A DNA stretch of 64,000 nucleotides from Ruditapes philippinarum (taxonomy: Eukaryota): assembly GCF_026571515.1 (NCBI RefSeq), contig NW_026854344.1:310001-374000 (forward strand). The letters are read 5' to 3'. Positions 10,530-24,315 of this stretch are shown here, in pieces (position 1 is the first letter of the stretch; the number at the start of each line of letters is the position of its first letter). The position numbers and the translations under genes are program-made. The notes beneath the pieces were generated by a model, which was not told where the DNA came from, did not search any database, and saw nothing but the letters and a program-made list of their open reading frames with translations.

Positions 10530-10930
10530 AAGCCAAAACAGATAATAGCTTATATGCTGATAGTAACTATTGCGCAAATTATTCCCCTGGCCAAAGGCAG
10601 AGGGATTAATAATAAATTAGAAATTTTCTTCATCTGTGCAGTTTTAGAGTTATTCCCCTTTATTAGAGCTTTGTCTCACTTTATGATTCTAGAATTATTA
10701 CCATAATTGTTAAAATGTTGCTAAAAAAAAGAGAATAATGTTTAAATGCTTTTAACTCAAATCATGCTAATATGATGCTAATAATCAACCAGAAATACAA
10801 GTTTCAATTCAATTGTAATTATTTTTCTGTATTATTTTTATTAATCATGTTGTCGTTATAAGTGAGTAAGAAATTCAGATTTTATATTTTTAGGCTTTTT
10901 GACATCATTGCAGTTCCCTTTATTCTACAG

Positions 10931-10979
10931 TGGATGGTCATAAACAAATATGATTGAAAGAATTGATACATAGTCCCAG
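10931..10979 (+). other. Candidate 49-nt non-coding (5' UTR) exon
   Basis: ttccctttattctacag acceptor and CAG|GTAAGG donor; all three frames contain stops. Confidence 0.4.
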
Positions 10980-11872
10980 GTAAGGCAGGTTTTTTTTATA
11001 TAACAGCTTTATACGATGCACATATCAAAGATTTCACCTGTTTTGAGCAGATCTTAGATACCAAAGGTGCATTAATCAATATTTCAATTTAAAACAGAAT
11101 GTCTTATTAGTGATCTAATTACTGTAGGACATCATAGACTGAGTGTAACATATTTTATAGAAGTTTGATATGTAGAATCTAAAGTCTTAGTGGAGATATT
11201 TGGCTTAGAAGTACAGGGTCAAGATGAAATTTTCAAGATTATACCTAGAATATGTTAAGAAATATTTGTAATGGCATTGTAGTTGATATCGAAATTTGTA
11301 TAATTATCACAAGTTAAAAATAGTTTTGTATTTCATTTATGGGAAACTAATACTATTTAAAATTTTTGCACATGTTTATATAAAGTTATCTCCCTTCCAT
11401 AACCAAATTGCATAGGGTAGAATAGAACAGTGCATAAAATCATCGTTATAAAATGTGAAGTTCCCTGGCTGAGACTGTGAAACTCACTATCAGTGTAACA
11501 GTGACACACTGTTAGCTTAACAGTGACACACACCATGAGTGTTACAGTGAGACACAACTTCAGTGTTGCAGTGACATACACGGAAATCACATAACCAGTG
11601 ATATTTTTGAACAAAATTATTTATTTGCAGGGACAAGAGTTGTCCACCTCAACTATTTTAAAGATTACATTGATTTTATTTACCTTTGTTAAACCACCCC
11701 CTCCCCCTTAGGTTAACAAATAGGTCAGCTGGAAGTTTAACACTTTTGGCGGAAGTTCATCAGCTCAGTTGCTGGATTTTCACTCGCTTGTTTCAAAAAC
11801 GTGCATGTTGGTTGAAAAAATAGAGTGAATTCTGCAATTTTGGGTCATAAAGGAGATATAGTATTGTTAGTG

Positions 11873-13970
11873 CAGTAAGACACACCATCAGTGTAACAGT
11901 TAGACACACTGTCAGTGTAACAGTTAGACACACTTCCAGTGTAACAGGGAGACACACTGTCAGTGTAACAGTTAGACACACTTCCAGTGTAACAGGGAGA
12001 CACATTATCAGTGTAACAGTTAGACACACTATCAGTGTAACAGTTAGACACACTATCAGTGTAACAGTTAGACACACCATCAGTGTAACAGTTAGACACA
12101 CTATCAGTGTAACAGTTAGACACACTGTCAGTGTAACAGTTAGACACACCATCAGTGTAATAGTTAGACACACTTCCAGTGTAACAGTTAGACACACTTC
12201 CAGTGTAACAGGGAGACACACTGTCAGTGTAACAGTTAGACACACTTTCAGTGTAACAGTTAGACACACTGTCAGTGTAACAGACACACTGTCAGTGTAA
12301 CAGTTAGACACACTATCAGTGTAACAGACACACTGTCAGTGTAACAGTTAGACACACTATCAGTGTTACAGTTAGACACACTATCAGTGTAACAGTTAGA
12401 CACACTATCAGTGTAACAGTTAGACACACTATCAGTGTTACAGTTAGACACACTTTCAGTGTAACAGGGAGACACACCATCAGTGTAATAGTTAGACATA
12501 CTATCAGTGTAACAGTTAGACACACTTTCAGTGAAACAGTTAGACACACTATCAGTGTAACAGTTAGACACACCATCAGTGCAATAGTTAGACATAGTAT
12601 CAGTGTAACAGTTAGACACACTATCAGTGTATTAGTGAGACACACTATCAGTGTAACAGTTAGACACACTGTCAGTGTATTAGTGAGACACACTTTCAGT
12701 GTAACAATTAGACACACCATCAGTGTAACAGTTAGACACACTATCAGTGTAACAGTTAGACACACTGTCAGTGTAACAGTTAGACACACCATCAGTGTAA
12801 TAGTTAGACACACCATTAGTGTAACAGTTAGACACACTTCCAGTGTAACAGGGAGACACACTGTCAGTGTAACAGTTAGACACACTTCCAGTGTAACAGG
12901 GAGACACACTTTCAGTGTAACAGTTAGACACACTATCAGTGTAACAGTTAGACACACTATCAGTGTAACAGTTAGACACACCATTGGTATAACAGTTAGA
13001 CACACTATCAGTGTAACAGTTAGACACACCATCAGTGTAACAGTTAGACACACTGTCAGTGTAACAGTTAGACACACCATTAGTGTAACAGTTAGACACA
13101 CTTCCAGTGTAACAGGGAGACACACTGTCAGTGTAACAGTTAGACACACTTTCAGTGTAACAGTTAGACACACTGTCAGTGTAACAGACACACTGTCAGT
13201 GTAACAGTTAGACACACTATCAGTGTAACAGACACACTGTCAGTGTAACAGTTAGACACACCATCAGTGTAATAGTTAGACATACTATCAGTGTAACAGT
13301 TAGACACACTATCAGTGTAACAGTTAGACATACTATCAGTGTAACAGTTAGACACACTATCAGTGTATTAGTGAGACACACTATCAGTGTAACAGTGAGA
13401 CACACTATCAGTGTAACAGTTAGACACACTGTCAGTGTAACAGTTAGACACACCATCAGTGTAATAGTTAGACACACTTCCAGTGTAACAGTTAGACACA
13501 CTTCCAGTGTAACAGGGAGACACACTGTCAGTGTAACAGTTAGACACACTGTCAGTGTAACAGACACACTGTCAGTGTAACAGTTAGACACACTATCAGT
13601 GTAACAGACACACTGTCAGTGTAACAGTTAGACACACTATCAGTGTTACAGTTAGACACACAATCAGTGTAACAGTGAGACACACTATCAGTGTAACAGT
13701 TAGACACACTATCAGTGTAACAGTTAGACACACTATCAGTGTAACAGTGAGACACACAATCAGTGTAACAGTGAGACACACTATCAGTGTAACAGTGAGA
13801 CACACTATCAGTGTAACAGTTAGACACACTATCAGTGTAACAGTGAGACACACTGTCAGTGTAACAGTTAGACACACTGTCAGTGTAACAGTTAGACACA
13901 CAATCAGTGTAACAGTAAGACACACTATCAGTGTAACAGTGAGACACACTGTCAGTGTAACCGACACACA
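11873..13970. repeat. 24-bp minisatellite (CAGTGTAACAGTTAGACACACTAT), ~87 units, with 20-bp deletion variants
   Basis: Direct periodicity; diverged copies at ~11480-11580. Confidence 0.97.
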
Positions 13971-16775
13971 ACAGTTAACTGTTTATATCTTGTTTCTAGA
14001 AGTTTAAGCAACCTTCTGCTTTTATTTTTTGTTGGAAAAACAATTCATTGTTGTTTCAAACTAAGTATTCCAGTAATTTTATCTTGGAAAAGTGCATCAT
14101 ATCACTGTTAAGCCTTCTTCAAAACATTGTCCCGAGAGCTATTTATAAAGTGTGAAGTTCATTTCTAAAAAGTAGAGGATTGGGAAACGAATCATCTGTT
14201 TTACTAATTCAAATATAGAGAGTGGACCAGTAAATAAGAGGTATTGCGGGCTTTCCTTGTTATTTATGTTTTTTATTGTCGGCAGATTTCATTTTCCACC
14301 TTTATTCTTTTGATTTAACAATTAAATGAAACAATTTATCAAAAAAGAACATATTTAACCTTTAGAAAGGCTGAAGGCCACTTTTAAAGTTGCAATAGTC
14401 TGTAGTAAAACTACCACATTCCATTATGTTCTTAAATTTATTTTTTAACAATGCAGCATTAGATTCGTTTATAGAAATTGTCTTGTTAAAAATTAGTTGA
14501 TCTTTAAAACAATGAAGAAATAATGGCTATATATTCAAGAATTAAATACTTTGAAAACAGGTTACACATAAAACTTCGAAGAATTTTAAAATCTTCAAGA
14601 GTAACACTTGCTTGTAATCAATCATTACAGTTAACTAAATGTGACATGGTAATTTACAAACTTTATTTCTGCCTCAGAAAGGTACTATAAAATGTGAATT
14701 CTTTGAATGATTTCTGTAGATTTTGACAGACCCCGTCTGTTATTCTAATAGACTTAGAATTTTTTATCTGTCTTACAATTTTTTATCTGTCCATCTTCAC
14801 AGAACCACTTCTGCTAAAATTCAGCAGCCCTACAGGAAGTGATCTTGTTCTACCAGATGCTTTAGGATTGGTTGATCCGAGTCATCTAGAGGCATTAGGA
14901 TTGGTTAAGATAAGGGTTGAATTTTTTATTTTTATTTTTGGACAATACTTCTTTTTCTGTTTCGCCTCACGGATATTTGGAATCTGGAAAATACCTTTTG
15001 AAATTATTTTTTTGAAGTTTTGGATTTTAAAACAGGAAGAAAAGTTTGATACTTAAACTTTAGTACATAAAGGTAAGAGAGAGATAAAATTACTTTTGAA
15101 TTTAGCATGATTCATCAACCCAGATAATGAATGCACCTGTTAAATACTGATTTATTATGCTATCTTTAAAATTTGACTTTTTTTGATGATAAAAAAATGA
15201 CTGTAAGATTATATTAGTTAATATTCAAGCTTTCTTAAACATCTGCTATAAGATTGATGATTTTTAATTTACTATTAATAATTCACCGAGTACAGTCAAA
15301 CTTGTGTATTAAGACCATCCTTGTTTACAATCTCCACTATGCACTGTAATTACAAATGTTTTTTATTTATGACATGTTTAAACTGGCCAGTGGACAATAA
15401 TGAAAATACTATAGCCACATGTGTAAGTAAAGTACTGATATGATTTTATAAGATTAAGGTTTTACAGTGACAGAATGTTTCATGTATTTTATCTGTTATC
15501 TATGTAACAGCTGATCTCTTAGTTATTTGCAAAATAGAAATTTGAAACTAAAATTTTTTTATTCAATTTTGTTGATGTATAAATGTGACTTTTTCTGATA
15601 CAGAGATGTTTTTGTTGTTTTTGTTTGTTGTTTTTTTTTTTGTTGTAGAAAAGCTTAAATTAGTCAGTATTATGTAAAGTGTAAGATAAAGATTTTAGTG
15701 ATCCTTCTGTTTAATCCTTGTTTAATTTATCAAAACATTTTGATTAATTACAACATGCCAGCTAGGTTTAATGGATTCATTTTTTTGATTAATTAGTGAC
15801 TCAAAAAATTATAATTATCATGATAACACATTTTATCAGTATCTTTATTTTCTATAATTGGAATATAAAAGTAAAAGTTATGTTGTACCAAGATAGCACA
15901 AATTCGTCAGTAATTATCGAACATTCTATTTTATTGTTTGACGTGAGTTTATAAGCTAGCCCTGTCTTAAACCAGGGGGCTTGAATAAATGTCCGTTTAT
16001 TTACCTTTAATAAGAAAATGCCATCCATCTTAGGAATGTAGAGTGAAATCCTGTCCATGTTGTAAAGTGGCGTAACTTGATAAGCCCTACAAATCCGCAG
16101 GTAAATATAATATCTGACCTGAAATATAATAGTGGATGTAAAATTTTTCAATTTACTTACCACTGATTTTATAATGTGTTTAGTTGTAAGTGGGAGATTT
16201 ACATGTTTATGAGGGTTGAACAATTTTAAGGGAGTATTAAAATTGAATGGAATTTTAGGTAAATAACCATCATTTTGAATTCATTTTAGACATGCATATA
16301 CTTATTTCTGTATAAGACTTAATTGAGTTAAAAATCTTTCTTTTTTTAAACTTTTTTCTTTTTCAATATTTGCAGTTTGGTATCTTCTTTGTTAAATTGA
16401 CACATTGAATTAATTATTTGAAGACAGATATTACAACATTAAATATAGATGTAAAGTAAACTCAGCTTATAATGATATTCAGGGGACCTCCAAATTTATA
16501 TTGTCATATCAGAGAGTAAACCACTTTAAAAACAGAGCATGTTAAAATTGAGGATGTAAAGTGTGTTGCAATCTTTTTTTTATGTTTTTTAATTTTATGT
16601 GGTAGCATGTGTCTAAATGGTCAAAGAGCATGTTTTGAAAAGTATGATTATTTAATAAAAAGTAGTTATGTAGTGATCTCAAAGTAATACATGCCTTTCT
16701 CTACAGTGATACCTCACCTTTGAATCATTACATAGCCTCTTCTCTTATTGTGACAGTCCTCTAAATGACAGTCCT

Positions 16776-16938
16776 ATCCAGCTAGCTTACGGAACGTCGG
16801 TGGTTCTACTCAGGTACCCGTTCGTGCCTGAAATAATGCACGGAAGGGCACCCGAGGTCTTCCTCCACCAGTAAAGCTGGAACGTCGCGATATGACCTAT
16901 ACTGTGTCGATGTGACGTAAAACCCAAAACAAACAAAC
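16776..16938 (+). mobile_element. 5'-truncated SINE family A with (AAAC)n tail
   Basis: Same body as the 30871 copy; TSD aaatgaca(g/a)tcct at 16763-16775 and 16939-16951. Confidence 0.85.
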
Positions 16939-17000
16939 AAATGACAATCCTTTCCTTTTCTTTTCTTTTCTATCAAAATGAATGTAAGATTTTCATCAAA

Positions 17001-18555
17001 TCCTGTCTTATAGTGATTATCTTCTAGTCTCATAGTGATTGTCCTCCAGTCCAATCTTATAGTGATTATCCTCTAATCTCATAGTGATTGTCCTCCAGTC
17101 CTGTCTTATAGTGATTATCTTCTAGTCTCATAGTGATTGTCCTCCAGTCCAGTCTTATAGTGATTATCCTCTAGTCTCATAGTGATTGTCCTCCAGTCCA
17201 ATCTTATAGTGATTATCCTCTAGTCTCATAGTGATTGTCCTCCAGTCCAGTCTTATAGTGATAATCCTCTAGTCTCATAGTGAATGTCCTCCAGTCCTGT
17301 CTTATAGTGATTATCTTCTAGTCTCATAGTGATTGTCCTCCAGTCCAGTCTTATAGTTGTTATCCTCTAGTCTCATAGTGATTGCCCTCCAGTCCTGTCT
17401 TATAGTGATTATCCTCTAGTCTCATAGTGATTGTCCTCCAGTCCTGTCTTATAGGGTATTATCCTCTAGTCTCATAGTGAAATGTCCTCCAGTCCAGTCT
17501 TAAAGTGATTATCCTCTAGTCGCATAGTAATTGTCTTCCAGTCCCTCTAGTCTCATAGTGAATGTCCTCCAGTCCAGTCTTAAAGTGATTATCCTCTAGT
17601 CGCATAGTAATTGTCTTCCAGTCCAGTCTTATAGTGATTATCCTCTAGTCTCATAGTGATTGTCCTCCAGTCCTGTCTTATAGTTATTATTCTCTAGTCT
17701 CATAGTGAATGTCCTCCAGTCCTGTCTTATAGTGATTTTCTTCTAGTCTCATAGTGATTGTCCTCCAGTCCAGTCTTATAGTGATTATTCTCTAGTCTCA
17801 TAGTGATTTCCTCCAGTCCTGTCTTTAGTGATTATCTTCTAGTCTCGTTAGTGAATTGTCCTCCAGTCCTTTGTCTTATAGTGATAATCCTCTAGTCTCA
17901 TAGTGATTGACCTCCAGTCCAGTCTTATAGTGATAATCCTCTAGTCTCATAGTGATTGTCCTCCAGTCCAGTCTTATAGTGATTATCCTCTAGTCTCATA
18001 GTGATTGTCCTCCAGTCCAGTCTTATAGTGATTATCCTCTAGTCTCATAGTGATTGTCCTCCAGTCCTGTCTTATAGTGATTATCTTCTAGTCTCATAGT
18101 AATTGTCCTCCAGTCCTGTCTTATAGTTATTATCCTCTAGTCTCATAGTGAATGTCCTCCAGTCCTGTCTTATAGTGATTATCTTCTAGTCTCATAGTGA
18201 TTGTCCTCCACGTCCAGTCTTACAGTGATTATCTTCTAGTCTCATAGTGATTGTCCTCCAGTCCAGTCTTACAGTGATTATCCTCTAGTCTCATAGTGAT
18301 TGTCCTCCAGTCCAGTCTTACAGTGATTATCCTCTAGTCTCATAGTGAATGTCCTCCAGTCCTGTCTTATAGTTATTATCCTCTAGTCTCATAGTGAATG
18401 CCCTCCAGTCCTGTCTTATAGTGATTATTATCTAGTCTCACAGTGATTGTCCTCCAGTCCTGTCTTATAGGTTTTATCCTCTAGTCTCATAGTGAATGTC
18501 CTCAAGTCCTGTCTTATAGTGATAATCTTCTAGTCTTATAGTGATTATCTTCTTG
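17001..18555. repeat. 49-bp minisatellite, ~32 units, built from related 27-bp and 22-bp subunits
   Basis: AGTCCTGTCTTATAGTGATTATCCTCT + AGTCTCATAGTGATTGTCCTCC; period 49 (17006 to 17055). Confidence 0.96.
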
Positions 18556-18734
18556 TCATCACATCCTCTCTCATAGTGCATTTTCTTCAATAGGGACTTA
18601 AATATGACTTCCTTAACAATTTTTTTGGATATTAAACAAAGAAGGAAAAGATTTGGGCTAAAACTAACCAGAATTCGCTATAACATTGTTTGCTTTAAAT
18701 GAAGTTTACTGCAGTCCTTGAGTCCTCTTAAATA

Positions 18735-19590
18735 CAGTCTAACTTGCCCATGCGACCACGTGTATTAAGCGACTTTTGTCTTAAACGACCACTTTAAATT
18801 CCCCCCGATCATTTTCTCTCTATATCTTTAATGTATTAAGCGACTTTTGCTCAACGCGACCAGCGACCGCTAATTAGTCACCTAATTGACATCATCTTTT
18901 CATTAAACGACCATTTTTACCTGTCAAGTAATTGATGTTTTTAGAGAACGCCACCTCGTTAAGTCACAAGTGTCAACATCAAAACACAAACAATAAACGT
19001 GTGAAAAGCTCTATTTCCCATACCGTTTTAGCGTATGCAATGAAGTAAGTATACGCGTGACGTGTATTATCCAAAATATCGATAAACATTGCAACGCTCC
19101 GCCCATACTGAGATGGTGTTAAACGCTTCGCTTGGTTGACATTTAGACTGCATTGAATTGACCTTGAACTTGATCAGCCATTAAATTAATCGTAACAAAT
19201 AATGTAGTTTGTTTATTTCAAATGAAAAAAAATGCACAACAGAAAACGTCTTCACTTATAGGGTTTTTCGTGTTGGAGACAAGGAAAACAACGGAGAAGT
19301 TAAAAAATTCTGGAAAAAATGTCAAACATGTACGTAATGGATCTTGAAACTGTTTTGTCAATAAATATCAGAAAGTTTTTTTTTTTACATTTGCATCCAT
19401 TTAGATTATCGGAGCGTACTTGTTTCAACATTTATATAAAAATGAAGTTGAAAAACAATCCTGCCGAATTAAAAAGATGTCATTTATAAATTTTGACTTT
19501 TATATCACGCTGACTGTCTTAAGAGACCGTTTCATTAAGCGACCGTTTTGGGTGTTTCCCTTGCCCGGTTGCTTAATACACGTTTGACTG
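18735..19590. mobile_element. Tc1/mariner-pogo-type MITE
   Basis: TA|CAGTCTAAC ... GTTTGACTG|TA; repeated subterminal TTAA(G/A)CGAC motifs. Confidence 0.88.
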
Positions 19591-20074
19591 TATTGATAGT
19601 GCTCGGTGATTATCTTCTCTAAAGTGATAGTCATTGCCTCTTTTTTTGTAGTGCATTTTATGATTAAAGAGTGGTACAAAAAGAACCAGATTTCCATTAG
19701 GTAAAAGGCTTAAGACTGATTTCTTAAAATTTTGTATCAAAGTTGACCTACATTGAGAGCTAGGTGTGTAGAAACTGTTTCTTGTTGTTTGTTCTGCAGA
19801 ATAGTGCACTAGGAGTAAATGTTGCAGGAATGTTATAACTGCACACAGGGATAGTGCCAGGAATACATGAGTCAGCATTGTTAATGAATCAACTGCCATT
19901 ATAAAATATTATCTCTCTTTAACCAGAACAGCTGCTGTCTATGTATTTTTCATTTTCTTTACAGTGTATGATTATTTTTTCTGTATGATACATTAACACA
20001 AGTCATTTTGTGTATTTTCTTTGTTAATAAGGTGGTTAAAATTGTTGATATGCAGACAAACTGTACAAGAACAA

Positions 20075-20900
20075 AATTTTATGCTCCTGAAGGGAGACAT
20101 ACAGTTTTGTAATAGTTTGCCTGTTTACCCATCTGTCTTTTTTTTGTGTTGTCTGTAATTTTGTAATTCATGGGTGGAATTTTAAGTAATTGTGCAGAAG
20201 TATGTGGCCCATTGAGACGATGTGTTTGTAAGTCAAAGGTCAAGGTTACACTGAGATTAGGAAGGAATTTCATAAAAATGAATCGATGGTTTTGTCCAGT
20301 CAATAATTCTGTCATTGCTATGTGTATTTTAGAATATCTAGATAGTTAACATAACAAAAGTCATGACCCATGCTCAAAGGTGAAGGTCACACTTGTACAT
20401 CCAGTCATGTAAAGGTCATAGTCAGTTCAGAATTCTGCCAGTCTTGGATTGTGTTGCATGCAAGAATTGAATCTCCAGCACAAAGGTTAAGGTCACACTT
20501 GTATGTCCAAAGTAATAATATAATTGTGAATATAATTATGGTGTTGTTTGGTCCATGACTTTTTCATTCATATCTGGATTTTAAAATAATTATTCTTTAA
20601 TGCTTATGGCATGGAGCTGGTGTGTCTCATGCAAAAAAAAGGCTTGGAGTTCAAGGGTCAAGGTTACACTTAACATTTAAGGAAATTTTTCATTTAAGTT
20701 TATAAATGTTGGTGTCTGGTCAACAGTCCTGTCAGTCATAATAATATTGCATGCATATGCTTCTAGGTCAGACAACTTGTTGTGGGCAAGAGTTAGGTGT
20801 CCAGCTTAAATTTATGTCAAAAATGATGTCTCAAGGTCAAAGGTCAAGGCCACACTTGTACATCAAAAGTCATGGTTGTGTTTTGTGTATATCTTTGTTA
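20075..20900 (+). mobile_element. Degraded Helentron-associated (HINE-like) element
   Basis: T-rich start with hairpin ctcctgaagggag, then spaced aaggtcaaggt(c/t)acac core motifs. Confidence 0.45.
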
Positions 20901-22538
20901 TTTATGGATGGGTATACAATCATGTTGTATCAGTTTTCCTCTTACCTATAATATACTATAGGCAACACTTAAGTATCAAAAATGTTTTGCTTCTAACAGA
21001 AACTTGTTGAAATATCAGAGATTTTCAAAGTTAAAATTCAACTTTCTATAAACGCTTACACTGCTGAAGTGCTGAAATAGAAATTTGCTTGCTTTCAGTT
21101 TGGACTGTCCATAGTTAGTTTGATAGCTTTTAAAGAAACAACACTGAGTTACAAAAACCTAAATATATATAATCTCACAAAGATCAGCTGAAACACTTAA
21201 AACAGAAAAATATCCAAAGGATAAATAAGAATTATACTCAGAAACAAATTTCAGAAAATTGTATTTTTCTGCTATTCTTAGTCTGATTTGAGATTTTGGG
21301 TTATTTTCCACATTTAGAATAATTATTCTGAAAAAATGGAGGGAGCAAATGATCTTAAATTTTGCACCCAGGTTATTGCTTTAGACTTACATCAAATGGA
21401 ACATATATCTCAAAAAATCATTTCCAGTTCTGTCATGTCAAAAAGCCTTGGTGGAGTCCATATAATATCGAATAACAAAATTGATCAGCTAACAGACTGT
21501 TGAGAAGGTTTGCAGTTTTAAAATTTAAATATATTCATTTGCACTATCTATAGATATTTCAAAATCTTAGAACAGAACTTTTTATCCTGGTTCACTTACT
21601 GTATGAAAAAAAGTGTAGGAAATGAAAGGTGAAAGGTAAAGAATTCTCTACTAAGGTTAGTGATAGTGTAAAAGAGTGTGTGTTTGTGCCAATTATCAGC
21701 TGATAGCATGTCTAGATTATCTTTGATTTGATATTTTGTCTATATCTCTGACTCTCACTGACATAGTCTTTAATCATTACTGATCTAATACCTTGGCACG
21801 GTGCCAAGATTCCTGGCCAGAAACACACACATGTAGTCATTATATGTTTAAGAAATTGTTTTTATTACCTTTACAAAAACTGTAAAAGAAGGAAAATCTA
21901 CATATCTCCTACTCCATCTACAAGTGAAACAGTGAACTGTAGACTTGAGCATATACTCCGTGTTTTACTTGGTAAATAATTGTTCTGATAGGTTTGTTGA
22001 GCAGTCAATGACTTATTTTAACATTTTGTATGTTAAATAAGTGGGGTACTTTTATATGTACTATGCCGTGATTGATTTTCATCGCTAGTTTGAAGCAGTT
22101 TTGAGTTCTATTTTCTGTTGTATGTTTTGTTCCAAAGCATCGTGCCGGAGTTCAGCATTGATTACTCCCGGGTCTGCAAATCAGAGAATTCAGGAAATAG
22201 AGAAAAAATGAATCCCAAAATTTTATTGACTTTGAGAATTTTATACAATATTCTTTTTTTCATAATTTGTTGCTATAAACAGTATTTTAATGGACTCATT
22301 AATGTAAATTATTTCATATGAGACCTTACAACTCTTAAATATTGGACTTTGTCATGCTTCGAATGGCACTTTATATTTTGTTATTATTTTAATGAATTGT
22401 TTCAATATCAAATTTGCGAAGAAGGTGAACTTGAAAACACTGCACATATGCTTTTAACAGGCATTTCCTCATTACTGGATTGACCATTAATTAAAAAAAA
22501 AGAAAATCATGAAAAAATATTTCCAGCCCTGTCTTGTC

Positions 22539-22596
22539 CACAGGTAAACGTCGTGTGGCCATGACTTAAGTCATGGCCACACGATGTTTACCTGTG
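22539..22596. mobile_element. 58-bp palindromic mini-MITE with 8-bp TSD
   Basis: 29-bp arms with 1 mismatch and no spacer; TSD GTCTTGTC at 22531-22538 and 22597-22604. Confidence 0.88.
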
Positions 22597-24044
22597 GTCT
22601 TGTCGAAAAACCTCAGTGGAGTTCCTTTCATTAAAAGATTACAAGTATTTTTAAGTTGTTCCCATACTGTCTTCAGTAGTAAAGAAAATACATTCACCAT
22701 TCAACATATGTGTTAAGAATTGAATAATTTCGGGAGTTTTTATCTAAAAAAACATAAGGTGTTGTAAAAGAGTATGTATGTAATTGAGACCATACACTGG
22801 TATCAGGCTTTGTATCTAACACCTGCCAAATGTAAAGTGTGTTTAGTGAGGAAATGGCACTACATAACTTCAAGCAAACATATAAACAATCTTGTAAGCT
22901 TCTACAGGAGGGAAACATTCACCCATCTTTCCCCTTATCTTCAGATTAGCAGACATGCACTGATGCCAACAGATGAACATATGACAGTTTTATTCTATTT
23001 ATAGGCAGATGTTATTAACTGAGAAATATTTAATTGAGATTTAATAAATACATTAAATTCCATCTTTGATTCTTGGATTTTTTGGAATTTTCATTTGTAT
23101 GTGAAATGTATATTTGTTTTGTTTGGTTTGGTTTTATGTCACATCGACACAGTAAAGGTCATATGGCGACTTTCAAGCTAAACCTCAGGTACCCCTCCAT
23201 GCACTTGAGTAGAACCTCTGATGTTCGGCAAGTTAGCTGAATAGCTTCACCACATAAAAGGATCCAAATAAAAGTCCCTGAAGAATTTGAACCCACAGTG
23301 GTTAGGGGCACTCTATGAAAATACCTCCCTGTGATAATCAGCAATTAATTGAAGGGAGTACCCATGTTATGTTCATTTATGTAAAAGATAACCCCTTCTC
23401 TTACATTTATTCTTTATCCTCATGACAAAGAAGAATTTACTATCTTTATACTCACTAACTGTGAGTATATTTGACTGTATTAACCTTTACCACACTAAGT
23501 ACTTTAAATGGACTAGTCCATCTTTCAGTCTGGACAAAACCATTCATCAGTGTAGGTAAAATTTTGAAATATGTATTGACTAATTGGGGAACAGTGCAGA
23601 CCATGATACTAGGACACTGCAAATTATGAATTCCTTTTTTTTTTTTTTTAAGTCTATTGACTTTTGATCAAATATTTTTTATCATCTTCCTGCAAAAATA
23701 TTTGAATGGTCATCTTGTACAAAAGTTTTAATTAAAGTTTACATATAAAAAAATTCTATTTCGCAAACATATGCACTGAACTGTGCCAATATGAATGTTT
23801 ATTTTCAAACATCGCTAGTATAAATCATATAAATTGAGTTTTTTTTACAAGAAGATGCCTAATTAAGATGCAAATGAGGTAATATAGGATTAGATAAACT
23901 GGGCGAGTGTAATGATATATAATCATGGTAGCATAGACTTGAGGTAAACTGACAGACAGACCCCCACCTTAATGACAATCATGACCTTATACTGCAGAGA
24001 TAATTGTCATAAGGTATTTCTATACTTCATACAATAAACTACGG

Positions 24045-24315
24045 GTATTTAAGAAGTTTTAAAGAAATAATATAATTTTTACAACAAAAAAACACAGAAC
24101 TTTACAAATGCAAGAATTTTGTATTTAAGAAGTTTTAAAGAAATAATATAATTTTTACAACAAAAAAACACAGAACTTTGCAAATGCAAGAATTTTGTAT
24201 TTAAGAAGTTTTAAGGAAATAATACAATTTTTACAACAAAAAAACACAGAACTTTGCAAATGCAGGAATTTTGTATTTAAGAAATTTCAAGGAGATAATG
24301 CACTTTTTACAAAAA
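24045..24315. repeat. 76-bp tandem repeat, ~3.5 copies
   Basis: gtatttaagaa starts at 24045, 24121, 24197 and 24273. Confidence 0.92.

Noticed and set aside
11793-14007. Long ORFs (VCLTVTLI / SNCYTDSV / VRHTISVT repeats) in several frames
   Set aside because: By-product of a 24-bp (multiple of 3) repeat. They are open on both strands, broken by 20-bp units, and have no unique flanking coding sequence.
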